A stretch of DNA of 64,000 nucleotides from Candidatus Eiseniibacteriota bacterium (GCA_965224245.1 OZ245046.1:5120001-5184000), one strand, 5' to 3'; positions 19,360-30,501 are shown, counted from the stretch's first letter. The notes: generated by a model from the sequence alone, not told the origin. Made by a program: numbers and translations.

Positions 19360-20749
19360 GGCACCCCGAACCCGCCACAGGAGTACCCCGTGCGATTCAC
19401 GACGAGCCGAGTCGTTGATCGAGAAGGCCCGACAGCAGCGCATTGCGGCGATATTCTTTGCGGTTCAAGGGCTGATCAGCGCGGGTTACATCGCGTATAT
19501 CCTGGCCTACATCGACGTCGTACGGCAGTTCACGACCGAGGAGAGCGCTCAAGTGGTGAGCCTCGTCATCCTCGGTGTCAGTTTCCTCTTCGAGGCCATC
19601 TTCGAGATCCCGGCGGGACGTGTCTCGGACCGCAGGGGGCACCTGGCCACCGTGCGGCTTAGTCTAGGTTGGTACACGGTCCACGCGCTGCTCTACGTCG
19701 TGGCCGCCGTAGCCGCCTCGACCGCGCTACCCATAGCCATGGGTTTGCTCCTGATAGGAGCCGGCGAACTCGCACTGCGCGGCGGGATTGCGCTCGAGAG
19801 CGGTGCATTGTCGAGTTGGTTCGTCACGTCGATGCGGTCCGCAGGCTACCGCGGTGAGCTTGCGGGCTACATGGCGAAGCGGAGACTGGTGACGAATCTC
19901 GTCTGGTTGGTTGTGGGCGGCCTGGTCCTCACGGCGTTGGACTCGCTCGGACCGTGGCGGCTCTACTTTCCGTTCATCATCTCGGCGGTCATGTACGCGT
20001 CCGCTCTGGTCGTCGCCCGAGCATTCGCACGTTCGGCAAAGCGGGAGAGCAGCGAGCTCTCCGCCCACGCCGGCTCTTTCCGGTTGGGACTCCGGCAGAT
20101 TGGATCGAACCGTATCCTGCGCGGCGTCATCGTCACACACACCGTGTTCTGGACGCTCGGGCTACTCCTTCTCTACTACTTCAAGGTCCCACTGGAGCCC
20201 CTGCGGGATGAGCCTGTACCGATCAGCTTCTCGACGGCGGCGATCTGCGCCTGGGCTTGCATGTTGGTGATGCGAACGCTGGCTTCGTACACGATGTCTT
20301 CGGTATCGGAGCGGTTGCTCTCGAGGTACAGGCTGGTGATCTACATCGCCGGTCAGCTACTGATGGCGGGGCCGGTTTTCTTGATCGCCTCGACCTTCAA
20401 CGGCCAGCCGATGGACACGCCGCGCGCACTCATCATCTTCTTCTTGCTCCTGGCCGTGACGCGGTTCGGCCAAGAGATCTGTAAGCCGCTCGCGTTGGCT
20501 TGGATACATGAGGTGATCGGGTCTCCCGGTAACGAGGAACTCGAGCACAATCGAGCGACGATCGAGTCGATCGTCGAGGCAACCAGCGTCCTGGGCATGG
20601 TAGTGGTCGCGGGCATGGCGCTGCTTTCGATGCTCGATTGGGTGCCTTTTGGGAAGGACGAGACCGTGATCCCGATCATGGCCGTGGTTGGGCTCGCGAT
20701 CGTCGCCGTGAACATCCCGATGTCATTGATGGCACTGCGCCGGAAGTGA
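19346..20749 (+). CDS. Divergent MFS transporter
   Basis: About 12 TM segments; FEIPAGRVSDRRG (MFS motif A-like) and ALESGA…SW. Confidence 0.8.
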   Translation: MPTAEAPRTRHRSTPCDSRRAESLIEKARQQRIAAIFFAVQGLISAGYIAYILAYIDVVRQFTTEESAQVVSLVILGVSFLFEAIFEIPAGRVSDRRGHLATVRLSLGWYTVHALLYVVAAVAASTALPIAMGLLLIGAGELALRGGIALESGALSSWFVTSMRSAGYRGELAGYMAKRRLVTNLVWLVVGGLVLTALDSLGPWRLYFPFIISAVMYASALVVARAFARSAKRESSELSAHAGSFRLGLRQIGSNRILRGVIVTHTVFWTLGLLLLYYFKVPLEPLRDEPVPISFSTAAICAWACMLVMRTLASYTMSSVSERLLSRYRLVIYIAGQLLMAGPVFLIASTFNGQPMDTPRALIIFFLLLAVTRFGQEICKPLALAWIHEVIGSPGNEELEHNRATIESIVEATSVLGMVVVAGMALLSMLDWVPFGKDETVIPIMAVVGLAIVAVNIPMSLMALRRK

Positions 20750-20773
20750 TGGGCGCGAGCCACGCGCCCATCA
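20747..20773. terminator. Hairpin between convergent genes
   Basis: TGATGGGCGCG-agcca-CGCGCCCATCA perfect 11-bp stem. Confidence 0.55.
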
Positions 20774-20838
20774 GCTCGAAGGACCTGAGGTCGTTCGCCA
20801 AGCTGGATGCTGCAGCTCGTGCGACGGTGCATCCCTTC

Positions 20839-21231
20839 TCAGAGCCGGTTTCGCTCCTCTTCGAGCTTCGCGAGGCGCCGCTCGCCGAGGCGCAGGGAGA
20901 TCTCGCTGGCCAGATCGTGTGCCAGCTCGCGGTGCTCGCCCTTGATCCGCAGCTTCACCTCTCCCCGCCGGCTGGTCGGGATCGACTCGATCGCGTCGAG
21001 GCGCGTGGCTCGGATCACCAGATGCGTCTTCCAGAACCGCTTCTCGACCGAGACGTCACCGATGGCGTCCAGCGGGAGCTCGACGTGCGTGGCCGCGCTC
21101 TTGACGACGCCGATGAAGGCGTCCCGCGTCTGAAACTCGAGCACGAGGACGTCGTTCTCGAACCGGGCGATGCCCTCGCACTCGGCGAAGCCCTCGTACA
21201 CGTCGTCCAGACTGAACGGAATGACACTCAT
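20839..21231 (-). CDS. Hypothetical protein (130 aa, possibly PH-like fold)
   Basis: Globular-looking MSVIPFSLDDVYEGFAECEGIARFE…LEFQTRD…; host-like codon usage; upstream ORF extension is antisense noise. Confidence 0.7.
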   Translation of the reverse strand: MSVIPFSLDDVYEGFAECEGIARFENDVLVLEFQTRDAFIGVVKSAATHVELPLDAIGDVSVEKRFWKTHLVIRATRLDAIESIPTSRRGEVKLRIKGEHRELAHDLASEISLRLGERRLAKLEEERNRL

Positions 21232-21463
21232 CGCGTCGACCCTCGCTTCCAAGGCACGAGACCGTGACACGGTCGAGTATACGTCAGCGGCCCGGGGAGG
21301 TGTGAGGGCGCTGGAGTGAGCCTCGGGTGTGGACGTCCCCGAGACCGCAGCGCCGAACGTGTCCGGCGTGGGCGCAGATGATCGGTGGGCCTGCGGTGCG
21401 GGGCGACACCGTGCCGCCCCGCGAGATCGAGCCCGCCGAGATCGCCTCACCGGTCGTTCCACA

Positions 21464-24400
21464 TCATCGGACGACGACCACGCGCCCCCCAGTGGTGGAT
21501 CGACCGGCACGGAGCCGGTAGTAGTACACGCCAGCCGGGACGACCTCGCCGCGGTGGTCACGGCCATCCCAGCGAAGCGACCTGGGCCCCGGGTCCGAAC
21601 GGGCATCGGTCTCGAGCACGCGAACGAGTGCGCCGCCGACGTCGAACACGTCGCAGCGGACCGGCCCGGACTCGGCCGTCGAGAAGCGGATCGACGTCGA
21701 CACCCGAAACGGGCTCGGCACCGCCCGGGCGCCGAGCCGCCGCGCGGCCGGGGCCGCCACCTCGGGACCGTGGAGGAGCGCATCTCCGCGGATCCACACG
21801 TCGCCGAGCACGCCCCCGGCGTCGCCTCCGAGCACGACGAGCCCGCGACCGGGTACCACGTCCGCGCTGTGGAGCCGTCTGGCGACCGGAGAGACCTCGT
21901 CGTCCAGTAGCTCCCACGACGTCCCGTCGCTCAGCCACGCGTCGGACAGGTACAGGCCATCGGCCACGCCGCCGTGGACGTAGACGACGTCGCAGTCCGC
22001 GTCGTACGCCATGCGGTGGTGTCCCCGGGCGCTCGGCCCCGCGGTCCCGAGGCTCGTCCAGGTCGCGCCGTCGTAGCTCCAGTGTGCATCGCTCTCGTCG
22101 CCGCCCGGGAGGATCCCGCCGAACATGTGGATGTGTCCCCGGGCACTCGCGTACACCATCTGATGCCCGGACCTGGAACCCGGGGGGCTCGACTGGATGA
22201 CGCGCGTCCACGTCACGCCGTCGTACTCGAACGTGGAGTCGGATCGCCCCGAGCCGCTGTCACCGCCGTAGAGCACCGTCACGCCCCGCGCTGCATCGTA
22301 CGCGAGGCCGACGCTGCGAAGCGCCGGGCCGGTGTCGGTGACGTACGTCCAGCTCTCCCCGTCCCACTCCCACGTGTCGTCGAGGTTCCCGCTCGCGCCG
22401 CTGCCGGAGATCATCACGATCACCTCCCGCACGGCGTCGTAGACCATCGACGCGGAGGAGCGCGCCGGCGGGCGAACCGCGGGCATCCGCTCGGACCACG
22501 CCTCGCCGCTCCAGACCCACGTGTCGTCGAGACGGCTGGTGCCGTCGAACCCGCCGAACAGGACGAGCTCGTCGCGAGCCGCATCGTACGCGGTCGCATG
22601 TCCGGAGCGTGGGCTGGGTCCGGCGGCCCGTTCCGTCCACACCGGCATGCCGAGGCATCGCTCTGCGCTGTCGCAGTGCTCGGGCAGGATCGCGAGCCCC
22701 TCGGCGGTGGCCACGTAGAGGTTCTCGCCAAACGTGACGAGATCCGTCGGCACCCAGGCGATCGCGGCCGCTCCGATCCGCTGAACGGCGGCCGGGTCGC
22801 CGACGTCGAGGACCTCGATCCCGCGATCGTGGTTCGTGTTGGCGCCGTAGCTCACGTATGCGACGTCGCCGTCGATCGCGACCCCCACAGCTCCGGCCGG
22901 CGTGCGATACGTGTCGACGAGCACGGGCGCGAGCGGATCGGAGACGTCGATGATCTGAAGTCCGAGGTACCCGTCCGCGATGAACGCCGTCGAGCCGACC
23001 ACCTCGATGTCGTGCGCCTCCGCGTCGACCCACGTCAGTCCCGCAACATGCAGCGGAGCCGATGGATCACCGACGTCGACGACCTCGAGGCCACCGTTTT
23101 CGCGTGCGACGTAGGCCATCGTCCCGACGACGTCGACACGCCACGCCTGACCCGGAACCGCGGCACTCCCGACGATTGCGGGTGCGTTCGGGTCACTCAC
23201 GTCGATGACCTGGAGATCACCGAGATCGTCCGCGACGTACGCGTACGTGCCGACGACGTCGACACCGGCGGCGCTCCCCGGGGTGACCACGGACCCGAGA
23301 GCGACCGGCGTCAACGGGTTGCTCACATCCAGGATCACCAGACCTTCCGCGAGCGCCGCGACGTAGGCCAGCGGTCCGACGATCTCGACATCGCTGGCGG
23401 ATGCCGGCGACGCCGCCTCGAGGAGCACGGTCGGTGCGGTCGGGTCGGAGACGTCCACGATCGCGAGCCCCTCGGCAGGTGTGGCCAGGAACGCGTTGTC
23501 GTCGACGACCGCGACCGCGTACGCTGACGTGTATGCGTCGATGAACCCGACGGGCTCGACCGCCACCGGAGGTGCCACGTCGAGGGTCTCGACGTGCCCC
23601 TCGTCGTGGGGGTAGTTCACGGTGACGTACACGGTGCCGGATGCGACGTCGATGCCCCGTCCCATCTCGCCCAGCACGTCGACCTCGTACGCCACCTCCG
23701 GAGCGCTCGGGTCGGTGACGTCCATGATGCAGATCCCTCCGGCCAGCGCTGCGTACACGATGCCATCGGACACGGCGACGTCCACGACGTCGGATGTCCC
23801 CGGCAGGCTTCCGAGCGCGGTCGGGTTCGTCGGATCGGATACGTCGAAGGTCTCGAAGAAGTACACGCCCGCGACGTACGCGATGTCGCCGTCCAGCACG
23901 ACATCGCGCCCGATACCGGCCAGGGGCACGCTGCCGATCTCGTACGCGAGCGCGGGGTCGGAAGCCTCGATGACGTGAAGGGTCCCGCTCTGGGTGGGCA
24001 CGTAGACGAGCGAGCCGGACACCGCCAGCCCGACCGTGTACGCGTCGACGAACGGAACGGTGGCCACCTCCGTGGGCGCATCCGGATCGCTCACGTCGAA
24101 GACGTGGAGGCCGTCGGAGAAGTCCGCGACGAAGGCGGCGGTGCCGGAGACCTCGACGTCGAACGCATCGCCCGGGGTCGCGCTCACGCCCCGCAACGTC
24201 GGCGCCGCGGGGTCGGAGACGTCCACGATCCGGAACCCCGCCGGGCCGTCGCCCACGTACGCGAGGCCGCCCACGACGTCCACGCCGAACGCCCAGCCCG
24301 GCGTGTCCACCGACCCGACGACCACGGGGGCCGTGGGGTCGGTCACGTCCAGGATCACGAGTCCTGCTTCTGCCGCAGCCACGTACGCGAGGTCGCCGCT

Positions 24401-24610
24401 GACGACGATGTCCTCGACGTCCGTACCGAACAGTGCCTGGCCGACCCGGTGTGCGTACGCACCGTAGTCGATGCACTGGGCGCCGGCGTCCCGCGGCAGG
24501 CTCAACGGGAGAACGCCGACACCGAGAGCCACGATCCAGGTCCGGGCGGCTCCGAGGGAGCATTCGCGAACACGCGCCAGTGGCGCGACGCGACGTGTGT
24601 GCTGGCTCAT
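21464..24610 (-). CDS. Large secreted protein: LVIVD repeats, Kelch-like repeats and FlgD-Ig/T9SS-A-like tail
   Basis: More than 12 repeats of AYVA…GL.I.DVSDP..P; Kelch-like YDAAR…VLFGG…DDTW.W repeats; tail PSPF…WDGRD…GVYY. Confidence 0.9.
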   Translation of the reverse strand: MSQHTRRVAPLARVRECSLGAARTWIVALGVGVLPLSLPRDAGAQCIDYGAYAHRVGQALFGTDVEDIVVSGDLAYVAAAEAGLVILDVTDPTAPVVVGSVDTPGWAFGVDVVGGLAYVGDGPAGFRIVDVSDPAAPTLRGVSATPGDAFDVEVSGTAAFVADFSDGLHVFDVSDPDAPTEVATVPFVDAYTVGLAVSGSLVYVPTQSGTLHVIEASDPALAYEIGSVPLAGIGRDVVLDGDIAYVAGVYFFETFDVSDPTNPTALGSLPGTSDVVDVAVSDGIVYAALAGGICIMDVTDPSAPEVAYEVDVLGEMGRGIDVASGTVYVTVNYPHDEGHVETLDVAPPVAVEPVGFIDAYTSAYAVAVVDDNAFLATPAEGLAIVDVSDPTAPTVLLEAASPASASDVEIVGPLAYVAALAEGLVILDVSNPLTPVALGSVVTPGSAAGVDVVGTYAYVADDLGDLQVIDVSDPNAPAIVGSAAVPGQAWRVDVVGTMAYVARENGGLEVVDVGDPSAPLHVAGLTWVDAEAHDIEVVGSTAFIADGYLGLQIIDVSDPLAPVLVDTYRTPAGAVGVAIDGDVAYVSYGANTNHDRGIEVLDVGDPAAVQRIGAAAIAWVPTDLVTFGENLYVATAEGLAILPEHCDSAERCLGMPVWTERAAGPSPRSGHATAYDAARDELVLFGGFDGTSRLDDTWVWSGEAWSERMPAVRPPARSSASMVYDAVREVIVMISGSGASGNLDDTWEWDGESWTYVTDTGPALRSVGLAYDAARGVTVLYGGDSGSGRSDSTFEYDGVTWTRVIQSSPPGSRSGHQMVYASARGHIHMFGGILPGGDESDAHWSYDGATWTSLGTAGPSARGHHRMAYDADCDVVYVHGGVADGLYLSDAWLSDGTSWELLDDEVSPVARRLHSADVVPGRGLVVLGGDAGGVLGDVWIRGDALLHGPEVAAPAARRLGARAVPSPFRVSTSIRFSTAESGPVRCDVFDVGGALVRVLETDARSDPGPRSLRWDGRDHRGEVVPAGVYYYRLRAGRSTTGGRVVVVR

Positions 24611-24745
24611 GAGATCCTCCTGACGCCGTCCGCTGTCGGCGCAAGCGGGCGCGCGACGCGGTCACGGTCTCTGGAGAATCGAGCGCAAACACGCCCCGAA
24701 ACCCGACACGGGGATCAGCGAAACCGGTAACACAATGTCAGTGAG

Positions 24746-26452
24746 TCAAATACGGGCCTGGAAGGTGTAGAGCCGGTGGTATCGCCCGCCGGCGGCGATG
24801 AGCGCCTCGTGGGTGCCCCGCTCGACGATGCTGCCGTCCTCGATCACGAGGATCTGGTCGGCCCGCCGGATGGTGCTGAGGCGGTGGGCGATCACGAACA
24901 CCGTGCGGCCGCGCATCAGCTGCTCGAGGCTCTCCTGGATGTAACGCTCGCTCTCGGTGTCGAGGTTGGACGTGGCCTCGTCGAGGATGAGCACCCGAGG
25001 ATCGGCGAGAACGGCCCGCGCGATCGCCACGCGCTGGCGCTGTCCGCCGGAGAGCTTGACGCCGCGCTCGCCGATCACCGTGTCGAGCCCCTCGTCGAAG
25101 TCGGTGGCGAAGTCGTTCACGTACGCGGCCTCGGCGGCGGCGATCACCTCGTCGCCGGGCGCGCCGGGACGTCCGAAGGAGATGTTCTCGCGGATCGTAC
25201 CCTCGAAGAGGAAGTCGTCCTGGAGCACGACCGCGAGCTGGCGCCGGTAGCTCCCGAGATCGATCGTCGCCAGGTCGACACCGTCCACGGTCACCCTCCC
25301 GCGCGTGGGGACGAGGAACGAGGCAGCGAGGCCGGCCATCGTCGTCTTGCCGGACCCCGAGCTTCCCACGAGCGCGGTGACGGTGCCCGGCGGCGCCTCA
25401 AACGAGATGTCCTGCAGCACCTCGCGCTCGGCCTCGTACGCGAACGAGACGTCGTCGAACACGATGCGCCCGTCCACGGGGCCGATCGACACCGTGCGGC
25501 TCGCGTCGTCGCTCTCGCGGAGCTCGCGCAGCACCTCCTCGGTGCGATCGAGCCCGGCCATGGATTCGGTGAGCTGGGTCCCGATGCCGGCGATCTGGGC
25601 GATCGGGCTGACCAGGAACGCCAGGTACATCGTGAACGCGAAGAAGTCGCCCACCGTCATCTCGCCCGCCATGATGAGCCGTCCGCCCAGTCCCATGATC
25701 AGGATGCTCGCGACCCCCATCAGCAGGGTCGCGGACGCGGTGACGAGGCTCGTGGCGGTCAGGCTCCTGGCCACGTTGCGAAAGAGCCGCATCGCGCCGT
25801 CCACGAAGATCCGCTTCTCGGACTCCTCGGCGTGGAAGCCTTTGATCACGCGCACGCCGCCGAGCGACTCGGTCAGGCGTCCGGTGACGTCGGCGCGGAT
25901 CTTGCCGCGCTCGCGGAAGATCGGCCGGATGGCCTTGAAGGCGTATGCCGACACGCCCGAGAAGATCACGAGCGGCACGATCGCGACCAGCGTCATCTGC
26001 GCGTTCAGTCGAAGCAGGATCACGAACGCGGCGATCGCCGTCAGGAGACCGCCCACGAGCTGCACGAGACCGGTGCCCACGAGGTTCCGGACCCCTTCGA
26101 CGTCGGACATGATGCGGGACACGAGCACGCCCGACTTCGTGTCGTCGAAGTAGCTGACCGGAAGATGGATGACGTGCGCCTGCACCTCGGTCCGGAGCTC
26201 CGCGATCAGCCGGTGTGCCTCGACCGCGAGAAGCCGTGTCAGCGCGAACGAGGTCACGGCCTGGATGGTGATCGCCAATCCGACCACCCAGAGGAGCTTC
26301 CAGAGGAGCACGGTGTCGGAGTGCGCCACCACGTCGTCGATGAAGATCTTGGTCGAGCCGGGGAGCACGAGGCCCATGGCTCGGTTGACCGTGATCAGCA
26401 CCAGGCCGACCAGGAGCCGTCCGCGTCGGGGCCAGATGAACCGGCGAAACAC
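24746..26452 (-). CDS. ABC transporter, fused permease/ATP-binding (exporter type); true start may lie upstream at 26581
   Basis: 6-TM domain, Walker A GSSGSGKT, LSGGQRQR, ILDEATS, IAHRLST. Confidence 0.95.
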   Translation of the reverse strand: MFRRFIWPRRGRLLVGLVLITVNRAMGLVLPGSTKIFIDDVVAHSDTVLLWKLLWVVGLAITIQAVTSFALTRLLAVEAHRLIAELRTEVQAHVIHLPVSYFDDTKSGVLVSRIMSDVEGVRNLVGTGLVQLVGGLLTAIAAFVILLRLNAQMTLVAIVPLVIFSGVSAYAFKAIRPIFRERGKIRADVTGRLTESLGGVRVIKGFHAEESEKRIFVDGAMRLFRNVARSLTATSLVTASATLLMGVASILIMGLGGRLIMAGEMTVGDFFAFTMYLAFLVSPIAQIAGIGTQLTESMAGLDRTEEVLRELRESDDASRTVSIGPVDGRIVFDDVSFAYEAEREVLQDISFEAPPGTVTALVGSSGSGKTTMAGLAASFLVPTRGRVTVDGVDLATIDLGSYRRQLAVVLQDDFLFEGTIRENISFGRPGAPGDEVIAAAEAAYVNDFATDFDEGLDTVIGERGVKLSGGQRQRVAIARAVLADPRVLILDEATSNLDTESERYIQESLEQLMRGRTVFVIAHRLSTIRRADQILVIEDGSIVERGTHEALIAAGGRYHRLYTFQARI

Positions 26453-26577
26453 GTGGCGGACGTTCGAGAGCGAGGCGCGCGGGTCCGAGGGGGGCTCACG
26501 GTCGCCGGATGGCGCGGGAGCATCGGAGGGCGGCGGACCGGTCCGGGCGGTCGCGGCGGCCGGCGCGCGTGACGAAC

Positions 26578-28167
26578 TCAGCGGAGGCGGACCACGGTGC
26601 CGGGAACGCTGGCGCCGCCGGTCGTGACGCGGGTGTAGTAGATGCCCGGTGGCGCGACGAGTCCGACCGCGTCGCGGCCGTCCCAGACGATGCCGGCGCT
26701 ACCGGTGCCCGTGAGCGTCCGGACGTGACGTCCACCGACCGAGAAGAGCTCGACGCGCACGTCTGCCGTGTCGCCGCCGGGCGGCACCAGCATCGTCGAC
26801 GCCCGGAACGGATTGGGCACCGCCCGCGTGACTGCGGCGCCCGCCGTCGCGACATCGGGTGCGGCCACCGTCGTGACGTACACGAGCGTCGTGTTCAGGT
26901 TCACGCGGCCGTAGCCGTAGTAGTCGTCGCGACCGGGGAGATCCTGGGCCGGAGAGCCGACCTCGTCCTCGGCGCCGGCGATCAGGAACGTGCGGAACAC
27001 GTCGTGCGTCATGGCCGGGTCGAGCGCCCGGGCCAGCGCCGCGATGCCCGACACGATGGGCGTCGCCGCCGAGCAGCCCGAGAAGAGATCCCGGTCGTCG
27101 ACCTCGCTGCCGTAGGCGACCGTGATGACGCTGTTGCCAGGCGCGACCACGTCGAGGCTGGCCCCGGTGGCCGAGGAGCCGGAACGCCAGTCGTCGTCGC
27201 GCGTCCAGCCCACCGAGATCGTGTGCGGCGACGCGCCGGGCCACGTGTCGTCGGCGCCACCGATCCCATCGTTGCCACCGCAGGCGACCAGAATGGCCCC
27301 GTTGTCCCGTGCGCCGGCCAGCGCGTCCTCGAGCGCGGTGACGTTGGGGTAGTTGATCAGGCTCATGTTCACGACGTCCACGTCCCGGCTCGCGACGTAG
27401 TCCAGCGCCTGGATGAGGCTGAACGTGGTTCCGATGAGGTTCTCGTCGAGAACGCGCACCGGCATCAGCGAGCAGCCGTGGTCGACCCCGGCGACCCCGA
27501 AGTCGTTGTCGGCGTCGGCGGCCAGCAGTCCGGCCACGTGAGTTCCGTGCCCGTGGAGGTCGTTGGGATTCGGATCGGTGTCGACGAAGTCGAAGCCGGC
27601 GACGATGCGCCCGGCGAACTCCGGATGATCCAGCTCGATGCCGGAGTCCAGCACCGCCACGACGACGTCGCCCGAGCCGCGCGTGATCTCCCAGCCCTCG
27701 GTGGCGTCGATGTCCGCATCGGCCTCGCCGCCGGACTGACCGGTGTTGTCGAGGTGCCACTGCTCGTCGAAGTAGGTGTCGCCGGGGAGGATCTCGCCGC
27801 CCGTGCCCGTGTAGTTGGGCATCGCGGAGACCACGAGCGGATCGCGCTCGAGCGCATCCAGCGTCGCCATGAAGTCGCGCCCCTCGGGCACGCTCACGAG
27901 GGCCAGCGATCGCGGCGGGTGAGTGCGCTCCAGCGTCACCCCGACCCGGTCGGCCACGTCGTGAACGACGGACTCGGAAGGCGATCCGGCGAACGAGACG
28001 ATGATCTCGTCATGGACGTATGGGTAATCGAGGATCTCGGTCGCCGACGCGGACCCGGCAGCGAGCGCGGCGATCGCGACGGTCGTCGTGAGGCATGAGT
28101 ACATCGACAAGATCAGCCTCCCCGGAATGTCGATCGGCGAGCCAGCGGGCAATGTTGCATGGAGCAT
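26578..28167 (-). CDS. Secreted S8 subtilase with FlgD-Ig/T9SS-A-like tail (start uncertain, 28167 or 28104)
   Basis: Catalytic triad VAVLDSG, HGHGTHVAG, FSGCSAATP; tail PNPF…WDGRD…GIYY. Confidence 0.9.
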   Translation of the reverse strand: MLHATLPAGSPIDIPGRLILSMYSCLTTTVAIAALAAGSASATEILDYPYVHDEIIVSFAGSPSESVVHDVADRVGVTLERTHPPRSLALVSVPEGRDFMATLDALERDPLVVSAMPNYTGTGGEILPGDTYFDEQWHLDNTGQSGGEADADIDATEGWEITRGSGDVVVAVLDSGIELDHPEFAGRIVAGFDFVDTDPNPNDLHGHGTHVAGLLAADADNDFGVAGVDHGCSLMPVRVLDENLIGTTFSLIQALDYVASRDVDVVNMSLINYPNVTALEDALAGARDNGAILVACGGNDGIGGADDTWPGASPHTISVGWTRDDDWRSGSSATGASLDVVAPGNSVITVAYGSEVDDRDLFSGCSAATPIVSGIAALARALDPAMTHDVFRTFLIAGAEDEVGSPAQDLPGRDDYYGYGRVNLNTTLVYVTTVAAPDVATAGAAVTRAVPNPFRASTMLVPPGGDTADVRVELFSVGGRHVRTLTGTGSAGIVWDGRDAVGLVAPPGIYYTRVTTGGASVPGTVVRLR

Positions 28168-28318
28168 ATCACGTTCGGGGCGGGTCCGCGTCTCCGGGGT
28201 TCCGGTCGAGGGCTGCCCCGATCGGGGCGGATCAGGCCGACCGATCCCGTCGCGCCCCTGGGACGGGCCACGATGCGACGTTGACGTGCGTGGCCCACGG
28301 AACGGAGACTCGGCGATC

Positions 28319-29002
28319 ATGAACGTGTCGATCCTGATCGTCGAGGACGATCCTCGCATCGCCGAGCTGGTCTCGAAGAACCTCGACTCGGCCGGGTTCG
28401 TGTGTCACGTCACGCACTCCGGTGACGATGCGCTCGCCCAGTTCGAGGCCAGACGGCCGGATCTCGTCGTTCTCGACATCATGCTGCCCGGAATGGATGG
28501 CCTCGAGATCACGCGGCGCCTCCGACGGCATTCCGACGTGCCCATCCTGATGCTGACCGCGCGTGCGGGCGAGGGCGACAAGGTCCTCGGATTCGAGCTC
28601 GGGGCCGACGACTACCTGACCAAGCCCTTCAGCACCCGCGAGCTGGTCGCACGGGTCCGCGCCCTGTTGCGCCGCACGTCGGCGGGCGGCCGGACCGGGG
28701 TGATCCGGCGCGGCGATCTCGTCGTGGATCCCGACCGGCGGGAGGTTCGCCGCGGCGACGAGGTCGTGCCGCTGACCACGCTGGAGTTCGATCTCCTCCT
28801 GGTGATGGCGACCCGGCCGGGGCGCGTGTTCTCGCGCGAGGCGCTGCTCTCCCATGTCTGGGGCTACGATCGCGTCGTGGACGGCAGGTCGATCGACAGC
28901 CTCGTGAGCCGGCTGCGCCGAAAGCTGGAGGCCGATCCCGGGCATCCGACGTACGTGCAGACCGTCTGGGGGGCCGGGTACCGCTTCGCGGACGTTCCAT
29001 GA
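28319..29002 (+). CDS. OmpR/PhoB family response regulator
   Basis: [27 protein letters not shown], winged-helix [10 protein letters not shown]. Confidence 0.95.
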   Translation: MNVSILIVEDDPRIAELVSKNLDSAGFVCHVTHSGDDALAQFEARRPDLVVLDIMLPGMDGLEITRRLRRHSDVPILMLTARAGEGDKVLGFELGADDYLTKPFSTRELVARVRALLRRTSAGGRTGVIRRGDLVVDPDRREVRRGDEVVPLTTLEFDLLLVMATRPGRVFSREALLSHVWGYDRVVDGRSIDSLVSRLRRKLEADPGHPTYVQTVWGAGYRFADVP

Positions 29003-30501
29003 GAGTCCTCTTCCGCTCGCCGAGCCTGTTTCTGACGCTGGCCGGTGCGTTCCTCGGAGCGCTCGCGATGACCGTGCTGGCCATGGTGGTCGCGCTGTCG
29101 GCCATCGTGAAGCCGTGGATCGATCGGTCGATGTCCGATCGCGCGCGACTCGATCTCCAGGCCGTCGCGGCCGAGCTCGGTAGCCTGCCCCCCGGCAGCG
29201 GCGAGCGAGAGGTCGCGGCGGTGCTGGCCCGACACGGCCGAGAGCCCGCGCCCGGCATCGGCCAGCACGACGTCCGGCTGGTGGTGTACGTGGATCGGGC
29301 CGGACGCCTCGTGCACCCCGGTCCGGTTCCGGGGAGCGTGCGACCCGTCCTGGAGCGCGAGCTCGGCGTCACGCTCCCGGCCTTCCCGCGCGGTCCGCGT
29401 GGACGCGCGGGCCGGGGCGGGTCACGTGACAGCCTGATCGCCGGTGGTCGCGGGGGACGCCCGGTCGAGTGGCGGCTCTGGGCCCGGCTCGCCCTCCCGG
29501 AGACCGGCCCGTTCCCGGGCGAGCTGGCGTCGTTCGGCCCCGACGTGCCCGATCGCCTCTGGCCGCGCGGGCTCCCCCGGCCGTTCGTGATCCTGATCCC
29601 GATCGCCGTCCTGGTCTCGATCGGGGTGGGGCTCCTGGTGTTCCGCGCGATCGTGGCCCGTCTGCGCGTGCTCGAGGCCCTGGCCGGGCGCGTCGCCGAG
29701 GGCGATCTGAGCTCTCGTGCCGGCGAGCTCGGACGGGACGAGATCGGCCGCCTGGCGGCCCGGTTCGACGCGATGACAGCCGCCCTGGCCGAGGCGCGCG
29801 AGCGGGTGGACGCCAGTGACCGCGGCCGCCGCCAGCTTCTGGCCGACATCACGCACGAGCTGGCGACGCCGCTCACGTCGATCCGCGGCTACGCCGAGAC
29901 GATGCTGGACGCCGGGGTCACGGTCTCCGACGACGAGCGGCGGACGTACCTCGGCTACGTGCTCGAGGAGGCGCAGCGGATGGACGTCCTGATCCAAGAT
30001 CTTCTGGATCTGACGCGTCTGGAGGCGGATGCGGCTCCACTCGACGGCGTGCGGCTCGACTGGACCGAGCTGTGCCGCCACACGGTCGCGCGTTTCGGGT
30101 CCCGCTACCGGGCTGCCGGCCGGCACCTCGAGTGGTCGGGCGACTCGACCCCGATCCCGGTCGTGGCCGAGGGACGGCGTCTGGAACAGCTCCTGGACAA
30201 CCTCCTGGCGAACGGCCTCCGGCACGTTCCGGAGGGCGGCCATGTGTGGGTGAGCCTGACCGACGGAGTGACCCACGCCACCCTGACCGTGTCCGATGAT
30301 GGGCCGGGGATCCCAGAGGCCGATCTGCCCCGGGTGTTCGAGCGGTTCTACCGCGCCGACCCCGCCCGGGCGACCCCGGGGACCGGCCTGGGGCTTGCGA
30401 TCGTCAAGCGAATTGCCGAACGTCATGGAGGACGCGTGTGGGCCGAGGGACGTGTACCCTCCGGCGCGTGTATTCAGGTGGAGCTTCCGAAAGCCCCGTG
30501 A
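28999..30501 (+). CDS. HAMP-domain sensor histidine kinase
   Basis: Two TM helices, HAMP (DEIGRLA), H-box [11 protein letters not shown]-box NLLANG, G-boxes DDGPGI and GTGLGL; ATGA overlap with the regulator. Confidence 0.95.
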   Translation: MRVLFRSPSLFLTLAGAFLGALAMTVLAMVVALSAIVKPWIDRSMSDRARLDLQAVAAELGSLPPGSGEREVAAVLARHGREPAPGIGQHDVRLVVYVDRAGRLVHPGPVPGSVRPVLERELGVTLPAFPRGPRGRAGRGGSRDSLIAGGRGGRPVEWRLWARLALPETGPFPGELASFGPDVPDRLWPRGLPRPFVILIPIAVLVSIGVGLLVFRAIVARLRVLEALAGRVAEGDLSSRAGELGRDEIGRLAARFDAMTAALAEARERVDASDRGRRQLLADITHELATPLTSIRGYAETMLDAGVTVSDDERRTYLGYVLEEAQRMDVLIQDLLDLTRLEADAAPLDGVRLDWTELCRHTVARFGSRYRAAGRHLEWSGDSTPIPVVAEGRRLEQLLDNLLANGLRHVPEGGHVWVSLTDGVTHATLTVSDDGPGIPEADLPRVFERFYRADPARATPGTGLGLAIVKRIAERHGGRVWAEGRVPSGACIQVELPKAP

